Source: Octopus vulgaris
Lineage: Eukaryota
Direction: 5' to 3'
DNA: 64,000 nt
Assembly (NCBI GenBank): GCA_951406725.2
Contig: OX597823.1
Span: 40,362,001-40,426,000, forward strand
The first letter of the stretch is position 1. Every line of letters starts with the position of its first letter. The notes beneath the pieces were generated by a model, which ran no database searches, was not told the origin of the DNA, and worked only from the letters and a program-made list of their open reading frames with translations. This document shows, in pieces, positions 26,321 through 38,719 of this stretch. Made by a program: the position numbers and the translations under genes.

Positions 26321-27299
26321 GGAATGAAAACTGATACAAATAGCGGCAAAACACGAGCAAAACAAAAAACTGTTCTCAGTATTTAAGGAAGCTGACAAAT
26401 ACAAACAAGAAATCATACCACCTAATAAATATGAAGAAGAAGAAGAGGAAAATGAAGAAACAACAAAAGCTATAAAACAAATGAAATCCAAACTAAAAAC
26501 AGAACAGCAACGAACCATGATAAAACGATGGCAAGAAAAGCCCCTTCATGGTAAATACTGCACTAAACTAAACGCAAAAGAAATAGACAAAGAAAAATCC
26601 CAGCAATGGTTGAGAAGCTCAGGACTCAAAGCAGAAACAGAGGGATTTTTAATTGCAGCACAAGACCAAAGCCTCCCCACCAGAAATTACCAAAAACATG
26701 TAATGAAAAGAAATATAACAAGTAACTGCAGAATATGTGGAGATGGACAAGAAACAATAAATCATATTAGCTCTGGCTGCCCAGTCCTAGCTAAGAAGGA
26801 ATATATTCACAGACATGACAGAGTTGGAACCTACATACACTGGAAGCTATGCCAACATTATGGAATAACAACAGAAAAAAGATGGTATAGGCACACACCC
26901 GAAAAGGTCACAGAAAACGAGAAAGCAAACATACTCTGGGATATGCCGATACACACAGATAGAGAAATTAAGGCCAACAGACCAGATATAGTTGTCAGAG
27001 ATCATGAAGGAAAAAAATGCTTTCTAATTGATGTATCAATACCGGCAGATGACAACGTGTCTCTAAAAGAAATGGAGAAACTTTCAAAATACAAAGACCT
27101 GGAAATAGAGGTAACCAGAATATGGAATGTAAAAACAGAAACAATTCCTATCATAGTAGGTGCATTAGGCATGATAAAAAATATTCAGACAAATACATAA
27201 CAAAAACACCAAGACTTACAAACACATATAACATACAGAAAATTGCACTACTAGGCACTGCACACATCCTACGCAGAACACTTTCCATACAATAACCAC
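26321..27299 (+). pseudogene. R4/Dong LINE C-terminal fragment (CCHC zinc knuckle plus restriction-like endonuclease)
   Basis: ORF 26481-27200: WQEKPLHG, AAQDQ, CRICGDGQETINHISSGC, RHD, RPDIVV, IDVSIP, EKLSKYKDL, PIIVGALG. Confidence 0.93.
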
Positions 27300-27335
27300 C
27301 TTAGGATTGAGAGGCCAGGTTCGAAATTTCCCCAA

Positions 27336-27381
27336 GACACCTGATGAATGCTGGTGGGTGTATCAGCCGAAACGTTGTGTT
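27336..27381 (+). ncRNA. Minimal type I hammerhead motif (Penelope type)
   Basis: GACAC-CTGATGA-AT-GCTG-gtgggtgtat-CAGC-C-GAAA-CG-TT-GTGTT. Confidence 0.65.
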
Positions 27382-28099
27382 AACAAGAAACAAGATGAGG
27401 ACAAATAGCCGTCAAATGTAAATAATCTAAATAATGTACATAATTCATCATCTCTTAAATATAGAACTGTGATAACATATTGTTCTCATGTTTGGGGCTC
27501 TCTATAACCTGGACTCTCTTCTGTCGAGAGTACGCCATTAACGTGGCTAGGATCGCATTTCGAGGCCAGAAATCACTTCAGCACGAAACAATTTTTTTCT
27601 CCCTTTCTTCTTTCTAAATGCCACATCCATGTTGTGTTAAGAGAAAAAGAAAAAGGAAGCCACAGCTGGATTAAGAGAAGCCGAAAAGGTGTCTATGTCT
27701 ACTCCCGACTACATAGACACCTGAAACACTTAACGAAAGCATGGCATAAGCTTACAACCCATATCAGCTCGCGTGTAACTTCAGGATGTTATGTCCATTA
27801 CACTTCATTAAGGATGCATTTTTTTGAGACATTAGCGAAGGGATATTGTTTAATTATTAATATTTTGTCACTTATTAAGAACTTGACTCTAGTCTTGTAC
27901 ACCTGCGCAAACGCTATTTCTAAAATGACATGAAGCCAAAATATTTATCGTTTAAAGTAAGATTAATCCAACTGCAGTTATATAGTGTCTCTTCTTTCTA
28001 GATATGTTCTTTAAGTGGGTTCACAGAAGAATGTAGTAGCTTCAAATACCGCAAGGAATTATGACTCCTATGTTATAGAACTGCTCTAAGAGAGCAGGG

Positions 28100-28137
<38 letters not shown>

Positions 28138-28168
28138 TAAGATAGAAGAGGAGAGAGAGTAAGATAGG

Positions 28169-28201
<33 letters not shown>

Positions 28202-28214
28202 CAAGAGTGAGATA

Positions 28215-28700
28215 AATCCTTAATTTGTTGATCCTGTTTAGCCAATATAATTCTCATTGCAGTGTGGGCATGTGAAGCAGTTGGTAAAATATTTGTTTTG
28301 CAAATAGCGTTTGAATTTGATCTTGAATTCCTTCCCATTCTTGAAGCTTTCGGTTGCTCCCCGTTTCACTATTTCATACGTCCCACAACACAAGTCTCTA
28401 CAGCTTGTACATGCATAGTTTCTTCTTCCTATGTGAAATTCACCTTTGTTAGGAGTATTCTAAGACATGGTGGTTGTCTCCGATTGTTGATGATTTTCGA
28501 TTTTTAAATAATTTGTCGGAAATTTGATGATTGGTATAAAATTGGAAGGAGGGTCGAACCGAATATAAGATATTACAATTTCTAGAATCATGGGTGACTA
28601 CAAATAAAATATTCATAGCTGTGTTTTTGTTTTCACTCACATTATGAATATTTCTCTGTAAGACAGAAACTGGAATTTATTTTAATTTGGTTTTGGCATG
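28215..28700 (-). pseudogene. Penelope-like element remnant (linker plus GIY-YIG N-terminus)
   Basis: ILFVVTHDSRN, IINNRRQPPCLRILLTK, CRDLCCGTYEIV..SFKNGKEFKIK..FTCPHCNENYIG*TG. Confidence 0.75.
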
Positions 28701-29065
28701 ATTTATTAGATTATTACCATACAGTGTCGACAAATGTGCCAACAGCTTTACTTAGAATAAAAAAGTAGCGCATCAAAAGTATGGGAGAAACCGTTGATAA
28801 ATATCAGCAATCGTGTAAGTATATGGACATCTACAGAACTGAAGCACTAGAGCAATCAGATACAATTGTAACGTCTTAATTGAAAATATTATCATCCACA
28901 TTATATACACACGCACACACACATCTACGTATGTATGTATGTATGTATGTATGTATGTATGTATGTATGTATGTATGTATGTATGTATGTATGTATGTAT
29001 GTATGCATGTATGTATGTATGCATGCATGCATGCATGCATGTATGTATGTATGTATGTATGTATG

Positions 29066-29110
<45 letters not shown>

Positions 29111-29316
29111 TTATATATATATATATATATAAGTATTAGCGACAAAAACAATATCAATATCAAAAGGTAATATTTATCCCTAATTACCACCGAATTAGAA
29201 GAGAGGATAAATGATGTATACATACATACATACATACATACATACATACATACATACATACATACATACATACATACATGCATGCATACATATATACATG
29301 CATATATACATATATA

Positions 29317-29570
29317 CAGAAGTACCTCACTTTACGAGGACCCGCTTTCTGAAACCTTGGTTTTACGAGTTTTATTTTATAATAAACATAAAAAGGTTAA
29401 ACTACCATTTTGTGTGTGTGGTAATGTCGCAACATGTGGCAACACTGGTTCTGATGCGTCTATATACGTGAGTAAGGTGACAGCATAAGAGTTCATTTCT
29501 ACTGAGGGAAATTATTGCTCTGTTTTACGATTTTTTCGTTTTACGAGCGATCACAGGGAACAAATTAACA
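29317..29570 (+). mobile_element. pogo/Tigger-type MITE fragment
   Basis: TA|CAGAAGTACCTCACTTTACGAG start with repeated TTTTACGA subterminal motifs; second TIR not seen. Confidence 0.5.
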
Positions 29571-30000
29571 AATGATGTTGAACAACCTTAATCGATTTTC
29601 GAAACTTATTCGATTTTCCTAAGAGAATCCAAAATACACACACACACACATACACACACATACACATACACAAAAACACACACGCGCGCATACACACACA
29701 CGCACACATACACACACACACACACACACACGTATGCGTGTGTATGGTGGTGTCTGTGAAAAATTGAGAGATATAATTTCCGATAAAAATTTGCAGTTTT
29801 ATTTTGATTAAAATACACGCTACTCCCGAGCAAAATCTCTCACTACACTTTACCTAGCAATTAGCGTCTGTGACTGTCACTCACTCCCACTACATTTGTC
29901 GTTTTAGCTTCCCTCTACCAGCGTGAACGAAGAGTGAAACACATTACGCTTTATTATATGTAAGATGAAGCTATTTTTGTTTCTGATGTATGTATGTATA

Positions 30001-30232
30001 TATTTCTTTACTACCCACAAGGGGCTAAACACAGAGGGTAAAAACAAGGACAGACAAACGGATTAAGTCGATTACATCGACCGCAGTGCGTAACTGGTAC
30101 TTAATTTATCGACCCCGAAAGGATGAAAGGCAAAGTCGACCTCAGCGGAATTTGATCTCACAACGTAGTAACGGCAGACGAAATACCGCTAAGCATTTCG
30201 CCCGGCATGCTAACGTTTCTGCCAGCTCGCCC
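30001..30232 (-). mobile_element. SINE family B, well-preserved long-tail form
   Basis: GGCGAGCTGGCAGAAACGTTAGCATGCCGGGCG...TGTGTTTAGCCCCTTGTGGGTAGTAAAGAAATA. Confidence 0.9.
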
Positions 30233-30680
30233 TACGTATGTATGTATGTATGTATGTATGTATGTATGTATGTATGTATGTATGTATGTATGTATGTACG
30301 TACGTACGTACGGACTGACGGACGGACGGACGGAGTGATGGATGGATAATGAGTAGATGGATGGATAGATGAATGGAAGGATGTATATCATAAGCTGCTA
30401 TTAGGTTAAACATGGAGAGCCCGGACCAGAAACGTATCTAAGTTTATGTTTCTAGCGAAATTGTCGAATGGAGCTACTTTAAAGTGGTATTGTTAGGAGA
30501 AAGATATTTCACGATCGAATCTCTGGGGGTATCACCTTTAGGCAACAATCAGAAGAAACGTGAAAAAAATCCGCGCATGCACATGCTTCAAAGTGATTAC
30601 TGTCTAGATAGACAAAAATATCAGCATATCAGAGACTGTACTTGTTGTTTAACCCTAGGTTTTACCAGGTAGAATAGGCA

Positions 30681-30922
30681 TGTTCCTTCTCGAGCCATGC
30701 CAGGCTCATAAGGGTTTCCCGGTTTCAGTGGCGTAGAAATTTCCCATCTGGACGGGACGCCAGTCCGTCGCAGGATTACTCCTTTTTGCCAGCTGGATGG
30801 ACTGGAGCAAGGTGAAATGAAGTGTTTTGCTCAAGAACACAACGCATCACCCGATCCAGGAATCGAAACCACAACCTTACGATCACAAGTTCAACACCCT
30901 AACCACTAAGCCATGCGCCTCC
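30681..30922 (-). mobile_element. Full-length tRNA-derived SINE family C
   Basis: GGAGGCGCATGGCTTAGTGGTTAGGG...GGTTTCGATTCC...GCTCCAGTCCA...GGCTCGAGAAGGAACA. Confidence 0.88.
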
Positions 30923-31349
30923 ATAGGGTAGGCATGGGATCATTAACATTCTAATCGTTGCCTTCCCATTTTTATTCGGAGTTACTACAAGAAACATCCA
31001 CGTTATTCGATATGTCTATCTTTTAATTTTAAGGCAGTTATTTGACTGTTATTTCTGGCTAACTGAGAGACTGCTTTGACACCAGGAAACCATAAAAAAA
31101 TTTTCTAGGCATAATTACATGAAAACATAAAATTGCGTTTTCGTTACGTTCTCGCTTCGGCTTCGATTTTATCATAGTTCTGTAGGTCTGCAAAAATAAT
31201 CTATTTAAGAAAATGAAAGCGGTTTACCATTCAATCTCATATTTACCGTTCACTGCCAGTTTTTCTTTCGCTAAAAAGGAACCGTATTTAAAATTCCGCT
31301 GCCATTATTATACTCCGTCTTTAATTTCTTAACAAAAACTAAGGGTGAC

Positions 31350-31429
<80 letters not shown>

Positions 31430-31816
31430 TGAGAGAGGGAGTGAAAGAGACAGAAAGAGAGGGAGAGGATACCGTTTGATTTTTATTTCTTTACGTCAAT
31501 CACATATATCTTTATTCGTTATTCTCTAACTTCATTTCATTTTCAACTCATTTATTTTACTTATTTATAACGATGTCATTCATTTTCTCATTCATTCTGC
31601 CTTCATTTCGTTTTCTTTTCCTTCACGCTTTTGTTTCTTCATTCTTACCATTTATATTTATTTTCTTCGAGTGATTTCATCATAAAAAGCAAATGCGTGC
31701 ACACGCGCGTTCACGTACATGTACGTGTGTGTATGTACACACATTCTACGTATCTACATACATTCTGCATATCTACACACATTCTCTCTCTCTCTCTCTC
31801 CCCTCTCTCTCTCTGT

Positions 31817-31848
<32 letters not shown>

Positions 31849-31915
31849 CCCATCTCTATAGCTATGTATATATTAATATATGTATATAACTATATATATA
31901 TATTAATATATGTAT

Positions 31916-31955
<40 letters not shown>

Positions 31956-32469
31956 GATATACATGTATTTATATGTATTTACATGTATGTTTATATTCAT
32001 TATATTATCAGTATGAATCTATATATATATATACTAACATATATACACATACAATTACACACACATCCCTTTTTCCCTCGCTCTATTCAGTATCGCAGTT
32101 TTAATGTCATCCATTCAATCAAACAAACCGATGTTTTATTATGTTGTCGCTCGGGGAATCCAATATGGCGCATGTTCAGTCTAACAAACAATAAATTAAC
32201 TGTAATGACCATAGAAAATACGAGGGATTTGGCGTATATTTATCTTCTAAACAACTACAGCAATATAAAGATCCTTACACTTGAGGATTATGTGAAAATA
32301 CGTCCCGTACTCCTCACGTTAGTTTGTGTACTGATGGCGTTGGGCTTTGATTGTGTTAAGATTAGGGTTAGTGATAATTTATATAAATTTACTTTTATTT
32401 AGTACTGATTTTTTCATTATGTTTCATTAGGACTATTCTAAATTAATAGTATATGTATGTGTGTGTATT

Positions 32470-32531
<62 letters not shown>

Positions 32532-32634
32532 TATATATATGCAAGCACAAATACACACACATATATATATATGTATACGTATATGTGTATATTTATGGGT
32601 ATGAGTGAATGTTTATCAAGCTGTATATATATAT

Positions 32635-32709
<75 letters not shown>

Positions 32710-33094
32710 TTATATATACATATATATATACATATATATATATTTATATATATATGTATATATATATATGTAGATATATATGTATGTATATATATATATA
32801 TATATATATATACATACATACATATATATGTATATAATATCTATACTATCTCTATCATACATACATTTGCATGTATGTATGTATGTATGTATGTATGTAT
32901 GTATGTATGTATGTATGTATGTATGTATGTTACTTCTGTTTGAAGACCAGGTCACTGGTTTAAGACAAAAAAAAAAGATGAGAGGAAAATCAAAGCCAGG
33001 GCAAAAAGTGGATCGAGAAGTAAGAAAAAAGTGAAAGAACCAAGATCTGCGTCCCTTTTGTAGACGTAATTAATCTAGCTGGCGTAGAATAATA

Positions 33095-33460
33095 TAATGG
33101 AGACAAGGCCAAATCCGTGCAACGCCTTCTCAAGCCGGAGAGGGTGGTGTCCTCCAGTTCGACAAAAATAACTTGTCCATGTGCTTGCAATCGCTAAAAA
33201 TTTCAGATCTACCAGTGTGGTGGAATTCTTGAATCTAAATGGAATGTGTGATCTTTCAGCCACGCATAACTTGCATTTTTCGAATTATTAATATATGGAA
33301 CAGATTTCTTCACGATTCTCCACTTCACTGTATGTGACGCGCAGTTGGTCTTCAGATCCCATACATGTCTAGCCAACGTTGTGGCTTTATTTATATCGAT
33401 GTATGGGAAAAAAGAGTAATGGCTTTTCAAATAGCCTTCGCATCAAACGACGCATTTTTT
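33095..33460 (-). pseudogene. Penelope-like element GIY-YIG C-terminal remnant
   Basis: TTLARHVWDLK..VKWRIVKKSVPY..CKLCVAER..RSEIFSDCKH, across frameshifts. Confidence 0.75.
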
Positions 33461-33821
33461 TCTTTTTGATCACATTACATTGGAGCACTGCCGTGAATTA
33501 GGCTCCACAATCCATTGGGCTTATTAAACACGCCTGATCAAACGATCGAACACTAGGGTCTTGACAATTACAACAGAAAGTGAGCTGTTGGTGCGACTTT
33601 ATAATGACAATGCCCTTCATAGTGGACAGCAGTTGTATGACATTTTTTATTGATCTGTGTATATGAATATGTGTGGATGTATATATCAAAGTGTGTGAGT
33701 GTATGTGCATAAAATTGTATTATATATATATGTGTGTGTGTACATATATGTATGTATATATATATACACACGTACATACATGCATATACATAATACATAC
33801 ATACATACATACATACATACA

Positions 33822-33916
<95 letters not shown>

Positions 33917-34106
33917 CTATATGTGTTTGGTAGGTATTTCTTTTTGTACAAATACATCCTGAAAGAAACGGGAAAACGTTTAAATGCACATTGGCAATAC
34001 ATATTTATATGTACCGCCACTCACATATCTGTATATACATATAAGTATAGAGGAATTTACATATGCACATTATCATTTACACCGACAGATATATATCTCT
34101 ATCTCT

Positions 34107-34189
<83 letters not shown>

Positions 34190-34339
34190 CATATACATAC
34201 ATACATATACATACATACGTACATACATACATACATACATAAATACATACATATACACATATATATATATATATATGTATACATATATATATATACATAC
34301 ATATACATACATACATACATACATACATACATACATACA

Positions 34340-34375
<36 letters not shown>

Positions 34376-34746
34376 TGCCTACAATACAAACAATTACACG
34401 TACAAATGTAGCATGTGTATGTAGAGGGTGTACATATGCATGCATATTTGTATTCTTTAAAATAGCTGTATATTTACGTCTGAATGGAAGTGTGGTGAAT
34501 GAGCCGTTAGCCGAGAATAAGCAATTGCATTAATCTCAAAGGATAATTTTCTGCTTGGTTTAAATTAAGAAATTTTTTCTCTTATCCATTGAAAAATTTC
34601 TATATCTGAGGTTCTATATTTATTTTAAAAAGGATCATATATACATGCATGTACGTACAGACATACGCAGATACATATACACACGTACATACATACACAC
34701 ATGCATACAAAAATACATACTCACGTACGTACATGCACACATGCGC

Positions 34747-34807
<61 letters not shown>

Positions 34808-34873
34808 CATACATACAAAAGCATAGATAGACTTACGCACATATATATATATAAGAACATATCTATCTATCTG

Positions 34874-34920
<47 letters not shown>

Positions 34921-36084
34921 GTGTGTGTGTGTGTGTGTGAGTGTGTGTCTGTATGTGTGTGTATGTATTGGTGCTACTCTGTGTCCATATATCTGAATGT
35001 ATATGTGTGTGCGTACCTCTGTGTTGTGCTATATCATTATATTCATGTAAGTTATCATCAATGCATAAATGTGTCCGTATGGAAACGTTTGTGTCAGCAT
35101 TCATTGATATTTATAGTTATAAATATTAATACGTAACAGCGAAAAATAATAAAATGAAGTCACTAGAGAGCACATGAATTAATTAACTATATATTAGAAC
35201 CCATGTTTAGCTTGGCTCTCAAACAATTTTGAAACAATCACTGCCAAAATGAATATGCAAATGAAACAATTGAAAGAGACCATTGTTGATCAATATGGAT
35301 CGGAATCAGCTTCAATCAGTTTTGGGAGTCACCGCACAAATGGTATCATTTCAATTCTTGTTAGCAATCTATTGTGAATTATTGTGAATTATGAAAACAT
35401 TAATTTTATTCTTTTATAACATGCTTTATTCTAACATGCAATGATTGTGCTTTACCAAATATCTTGTTGCCCGGGTCAGTTGGGAAAGAACGGAAAGGAT
35501 TTCTATAGGCGTAAAATTAGGAGTTTTTAAAAATTAAAATAATGTATAAGCTCAGGTAGGACTGTGTGGTTATGAAGCTCGCCTTGCAACCGCGTGGTTT
35601 TGCGTTCAGTCCAACTGCGCGGCACCTTGGATCGGCACCTTGCTTTATGAGTGGAGTTGCTAAACGGAAACTGTGTGGAAACCCGTCGTATATACATGTG
35701 TGTGGGTAGGTATATATATATATGTATGTGTCACCGTCGTGTGAATGATGTGTGTGTGTGTGTCTGCGTTTGCATGCGCACGCACGCGCGTTTGCGCACG
35801 CGATTGTGTGTGTCTGTGTTTGTTCCATACCTATTTTTTTACTACCCAGAAAGGGGCTAAACAGAGAGAGGACAAACAAGGACAGGCAAACGGATTAAGT
35901 CGAATACATCGACCCCAGTGCTTAACTGGTACTTAATTTATTGACCCCGAAAGGATGAAAGGCAAAGTCGACCTCGGCGAAATTTGAACTCAGAACGTAC
36001 CGCTAAGCATTTCGCCCGACGTGCTAACTTGTCTGCCAGATCGTCGTTCCATACCACCGCTTGACAACTGGTCTTGATTTGTTT

Positions 36085-36860
36085 ATCTCTCCGTAACTTT
36101 CGGGACATTCATAGGAGATCATACTGTTATGCTAACCTTCTCTTTGCTGCTGTATAGGAAAAATAACCCTGTTTTTCTGTCGGTGAATTTTCAAACAGAA
36201 AACACACCCTTACATGGATTATAGAATATGAGAAAATATCTGGGTTTCGAATCTCTGTTAAGACGTAGATTTCAAGATGCAATACACTCGAATGAATTTT
36301 GATTTAATATTTGAAATCCAAGTCACGAAGGAAAAAAAACAATTCTGATGATTGTAATGCAGAGTAGATTAAATAGTTTGGTGGTGATGCCGAAAGAAAT
36401 ACTTAATTCTCAACAGAATAACAACTATCAAGCGATATTTGAAGTACTGACAGAAATCTGATCTTTTTCTTAGTTCTTGGTAATTAAGATAGAATATGAT
36501 AATTAAGAACGAAGAAGTACTTCATATCTATCTACAAATAACGTATGAAGAAACCACAGAAATTATGAGAAGTAAATATCGAAAATTAAAGAAGTCAAAT
36601 ACTTTTCTCTGAGTGTTGATTCAACTGAAAACGTATCTGACATTGTTCAAATGACTGTAGTTCTTCGTTGTGTTTGAAAACAAATCATAACCTTGTGCAA
36701 GCTTTTATTTCTTTTCTTTCCTCCTCAAGTCACACTCGACAAGCTCTTGCCACTACTGTCTTGGAATTCTTTGAGCAAATTCGAACTGAAGTAGCGGAAT
36801 GAGGAGAGGGTCTTATGACAACGCGTCAAACATATGATGTCACAAAATATTTCAGCCATA
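36085..36860 (+). pseudogene. hAT-superfamily (ZMYM1/DUF4371-like) transposase remnant
   Basis: STSYLST, KIKEVKYFSLSVDSTENVSDIVQMTVVLRCV, SHTRQALATTVLEFF, SYDNASN. Confidence 0.8.
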
Positions 36861-37493
36861 TTCTCAATATCATCCATGTCTATTATGCTGTACTGCGAGT
36901 ATGAGTAGAAGAGGTTTGCAATAAATAGGAGCGGGACATGTTCGTATGCCAATGCATACATATGTGTTTCTGTTTTTGCGGAGTGGTGTATGAGGTGTGA
37001 ATGTGGGTTGTTTTCAGTTCGGTGGAAGAAGGGTACCAATTTTTGTCACTCCTGATCATCTAGACAGAAGACAAACGAATTTATGGGGAGGGAAAGTTGA
37101 CACCAATGATTACAGTACATGACAAGTATTTTCATTTTTATTTCATTTCAGGGATGAAAGGCAAAGTTTACCTTGGTGGAAATTGAACACAGAAAATAAA
37201 GAGTGATAACTAAATATCAGAACTCATTTTGCCCGACGCTCTAAACAATGCTTCCAGACTACAAAAAAAAACAACAACAATAATAATTCTGATGTTGGTG
37301 ATAATGATAATATGATTATGATAATGACATTTTTCCTTTTCCTCTCTGTCTTAACCCTTTCCCCTATCACATGACTTTGCAAATGAACAATCTGGTGACT
37401 ATCTTAAATGGCCTACCAATGTATATAGTGAGTTTCTCGGCCCTCGGTGCCAGGAAGATACTCGGTAAGAAATAGAAGTAAAATTGAAAGAAG

Positions 37494-37558
<65 letters not shown>

Positions 37559-37573
37559 TAAAATAAATAAATA

Positions 37574-38055
37574 AATGCCCTGATACAGTACCAGGCAGTG
37601 GCTCACATGGCTTCTGATCTTAACTGATTGGACGTATTAACATGTACATACTTTGTCTTGGTTTAAACGATGGGTTATAGCATATATTCTGCCCAATATC
37701 GCAGATTTGTTTGTCAGTTGCTTGACCTTAATCAGTTTACCATATCCCTTAGTGTATCTCTGATTATGAGTAGGATCTCTGGCGAAGCATCATAGCCATG
37801 TGTTAAGACGGATTTTTTGAGGTTTGGATAATTCATCTCTGGAAACATAGGTGTTTCCTTTATTTTGAATGAGATGGGCTACTCGACAGAAAAATTTCAC
37901 AAGTTGTTTATCTTGAAAAGGGATAACCATGTCACACACATATAGTCATGGTGCATGTGCCTTGTGTACCCTTATCAGACGAATAGTCATGATGGGTATA
38001 TTGGGTTTCGTATATCCCAGCGTCAGTTTGATGGCATGCGCTGCTCTCTCATTCA
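37574..38055. repeat. Family D repeat, copy 2, between (TAA)n tracts
   Basis: Colinear with 24319-24811. Confidence 0.8.
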
Positions 38056-38189
38056 GTAATAATAATAATTCTACCTACAATAAGACATGAAATTTTGAGG
38101 GAGAACGCCAGTCGATTACATCGACCCCAGTGCTAAACTAGTATTTATTTTATCGATCCGGAAGGATAACTACAGTATACTAGTACAAA

Positions 38190-38425
38190 ACGAGTATAAG
38201 TGCAGGCATGACTGTCAAGGTAAATGTTTGTATTGAGATGTAAGTGGTGTCAGTGAAAGAGAATGAAAATTACAGGATATAGTGGGATTCTCCATAAAAA
38301 TTGATTACGCTATTAAAGCAAGGAGGTCAGATATGATATTAGAGAACGAACTAAACAAAGTAAGTTTATAGACTTTGCAATTCCCTGTGATAGCAAAGTC
38401 GCTACCAAAGAAATTGAATCCTTAG
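38190..38425 (+). pseudogene. R4/Dong RLE fragment, old
   Basis: WDS..KIDYAIKARRSDMI, FIDFAIPCDSKVATKEIE. Confidence 0.65.
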
Positions 38426-38508
38426 AAAAATTGATTACGCTATTACTTGTCAGCAAACGTCAAATTTACATTCCTGCCAATTGAATTAGCGTGTACTAGA
38501 TGAATGAT

Positions 38509-38542
<34 letters not shown>

Positions 38543-38719
38543 ATTAATAATGATTTCATTTATATGCCAGAGGGGCGAAGGATGAGGGAGACAATGCAAA
38601 GACAGACATAAAGTGTGGAGGTTTACATATGTTGAAATGATTAAAAAATGAAAAATAGTATACACGGTATACACTGAAAAAGATGAGATATATGCATAGT
38701 ATTCAAATATTTCAAAAGA

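Larger units (their letters stand above)
26184..27469 (+). mobile_element. Hammerhead-bearing inverted-arm element enclosing (TAA)n and a Dong fragment
   Basis: Truncated inverted arm at 26184-26243, full arm at 27300-27469 ending TTAAATATAGAACTG. TGATA flanks both sides (26179-26183, 27470-27474). Confidence 0.75.
25745..27619. repeat. Direct tandem duplication with ~317-bp period; copy 2 interrupted by insertion 26184-27469
   Basis: TGCT.AAATTGTCTCTTT at 25745 and 26062; CTCTTCTGTCGAGAGTACGCCATTAACGTGGCTAGGA at ~25898 and ~27516. Confidence 0.85.

Noticed and set aside
32362-32372. TTAGGGTTAG telomere-like motif
   Set aside because: Fewer than two units; expected by chance.
32938-32968. 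TTGAAGA-CCAG-gtca-CTGG hairpin near the PLE remnant
   Set aside because: Lacks GAAA and stem I, and lies on the opposite strand to the PLE ORF.
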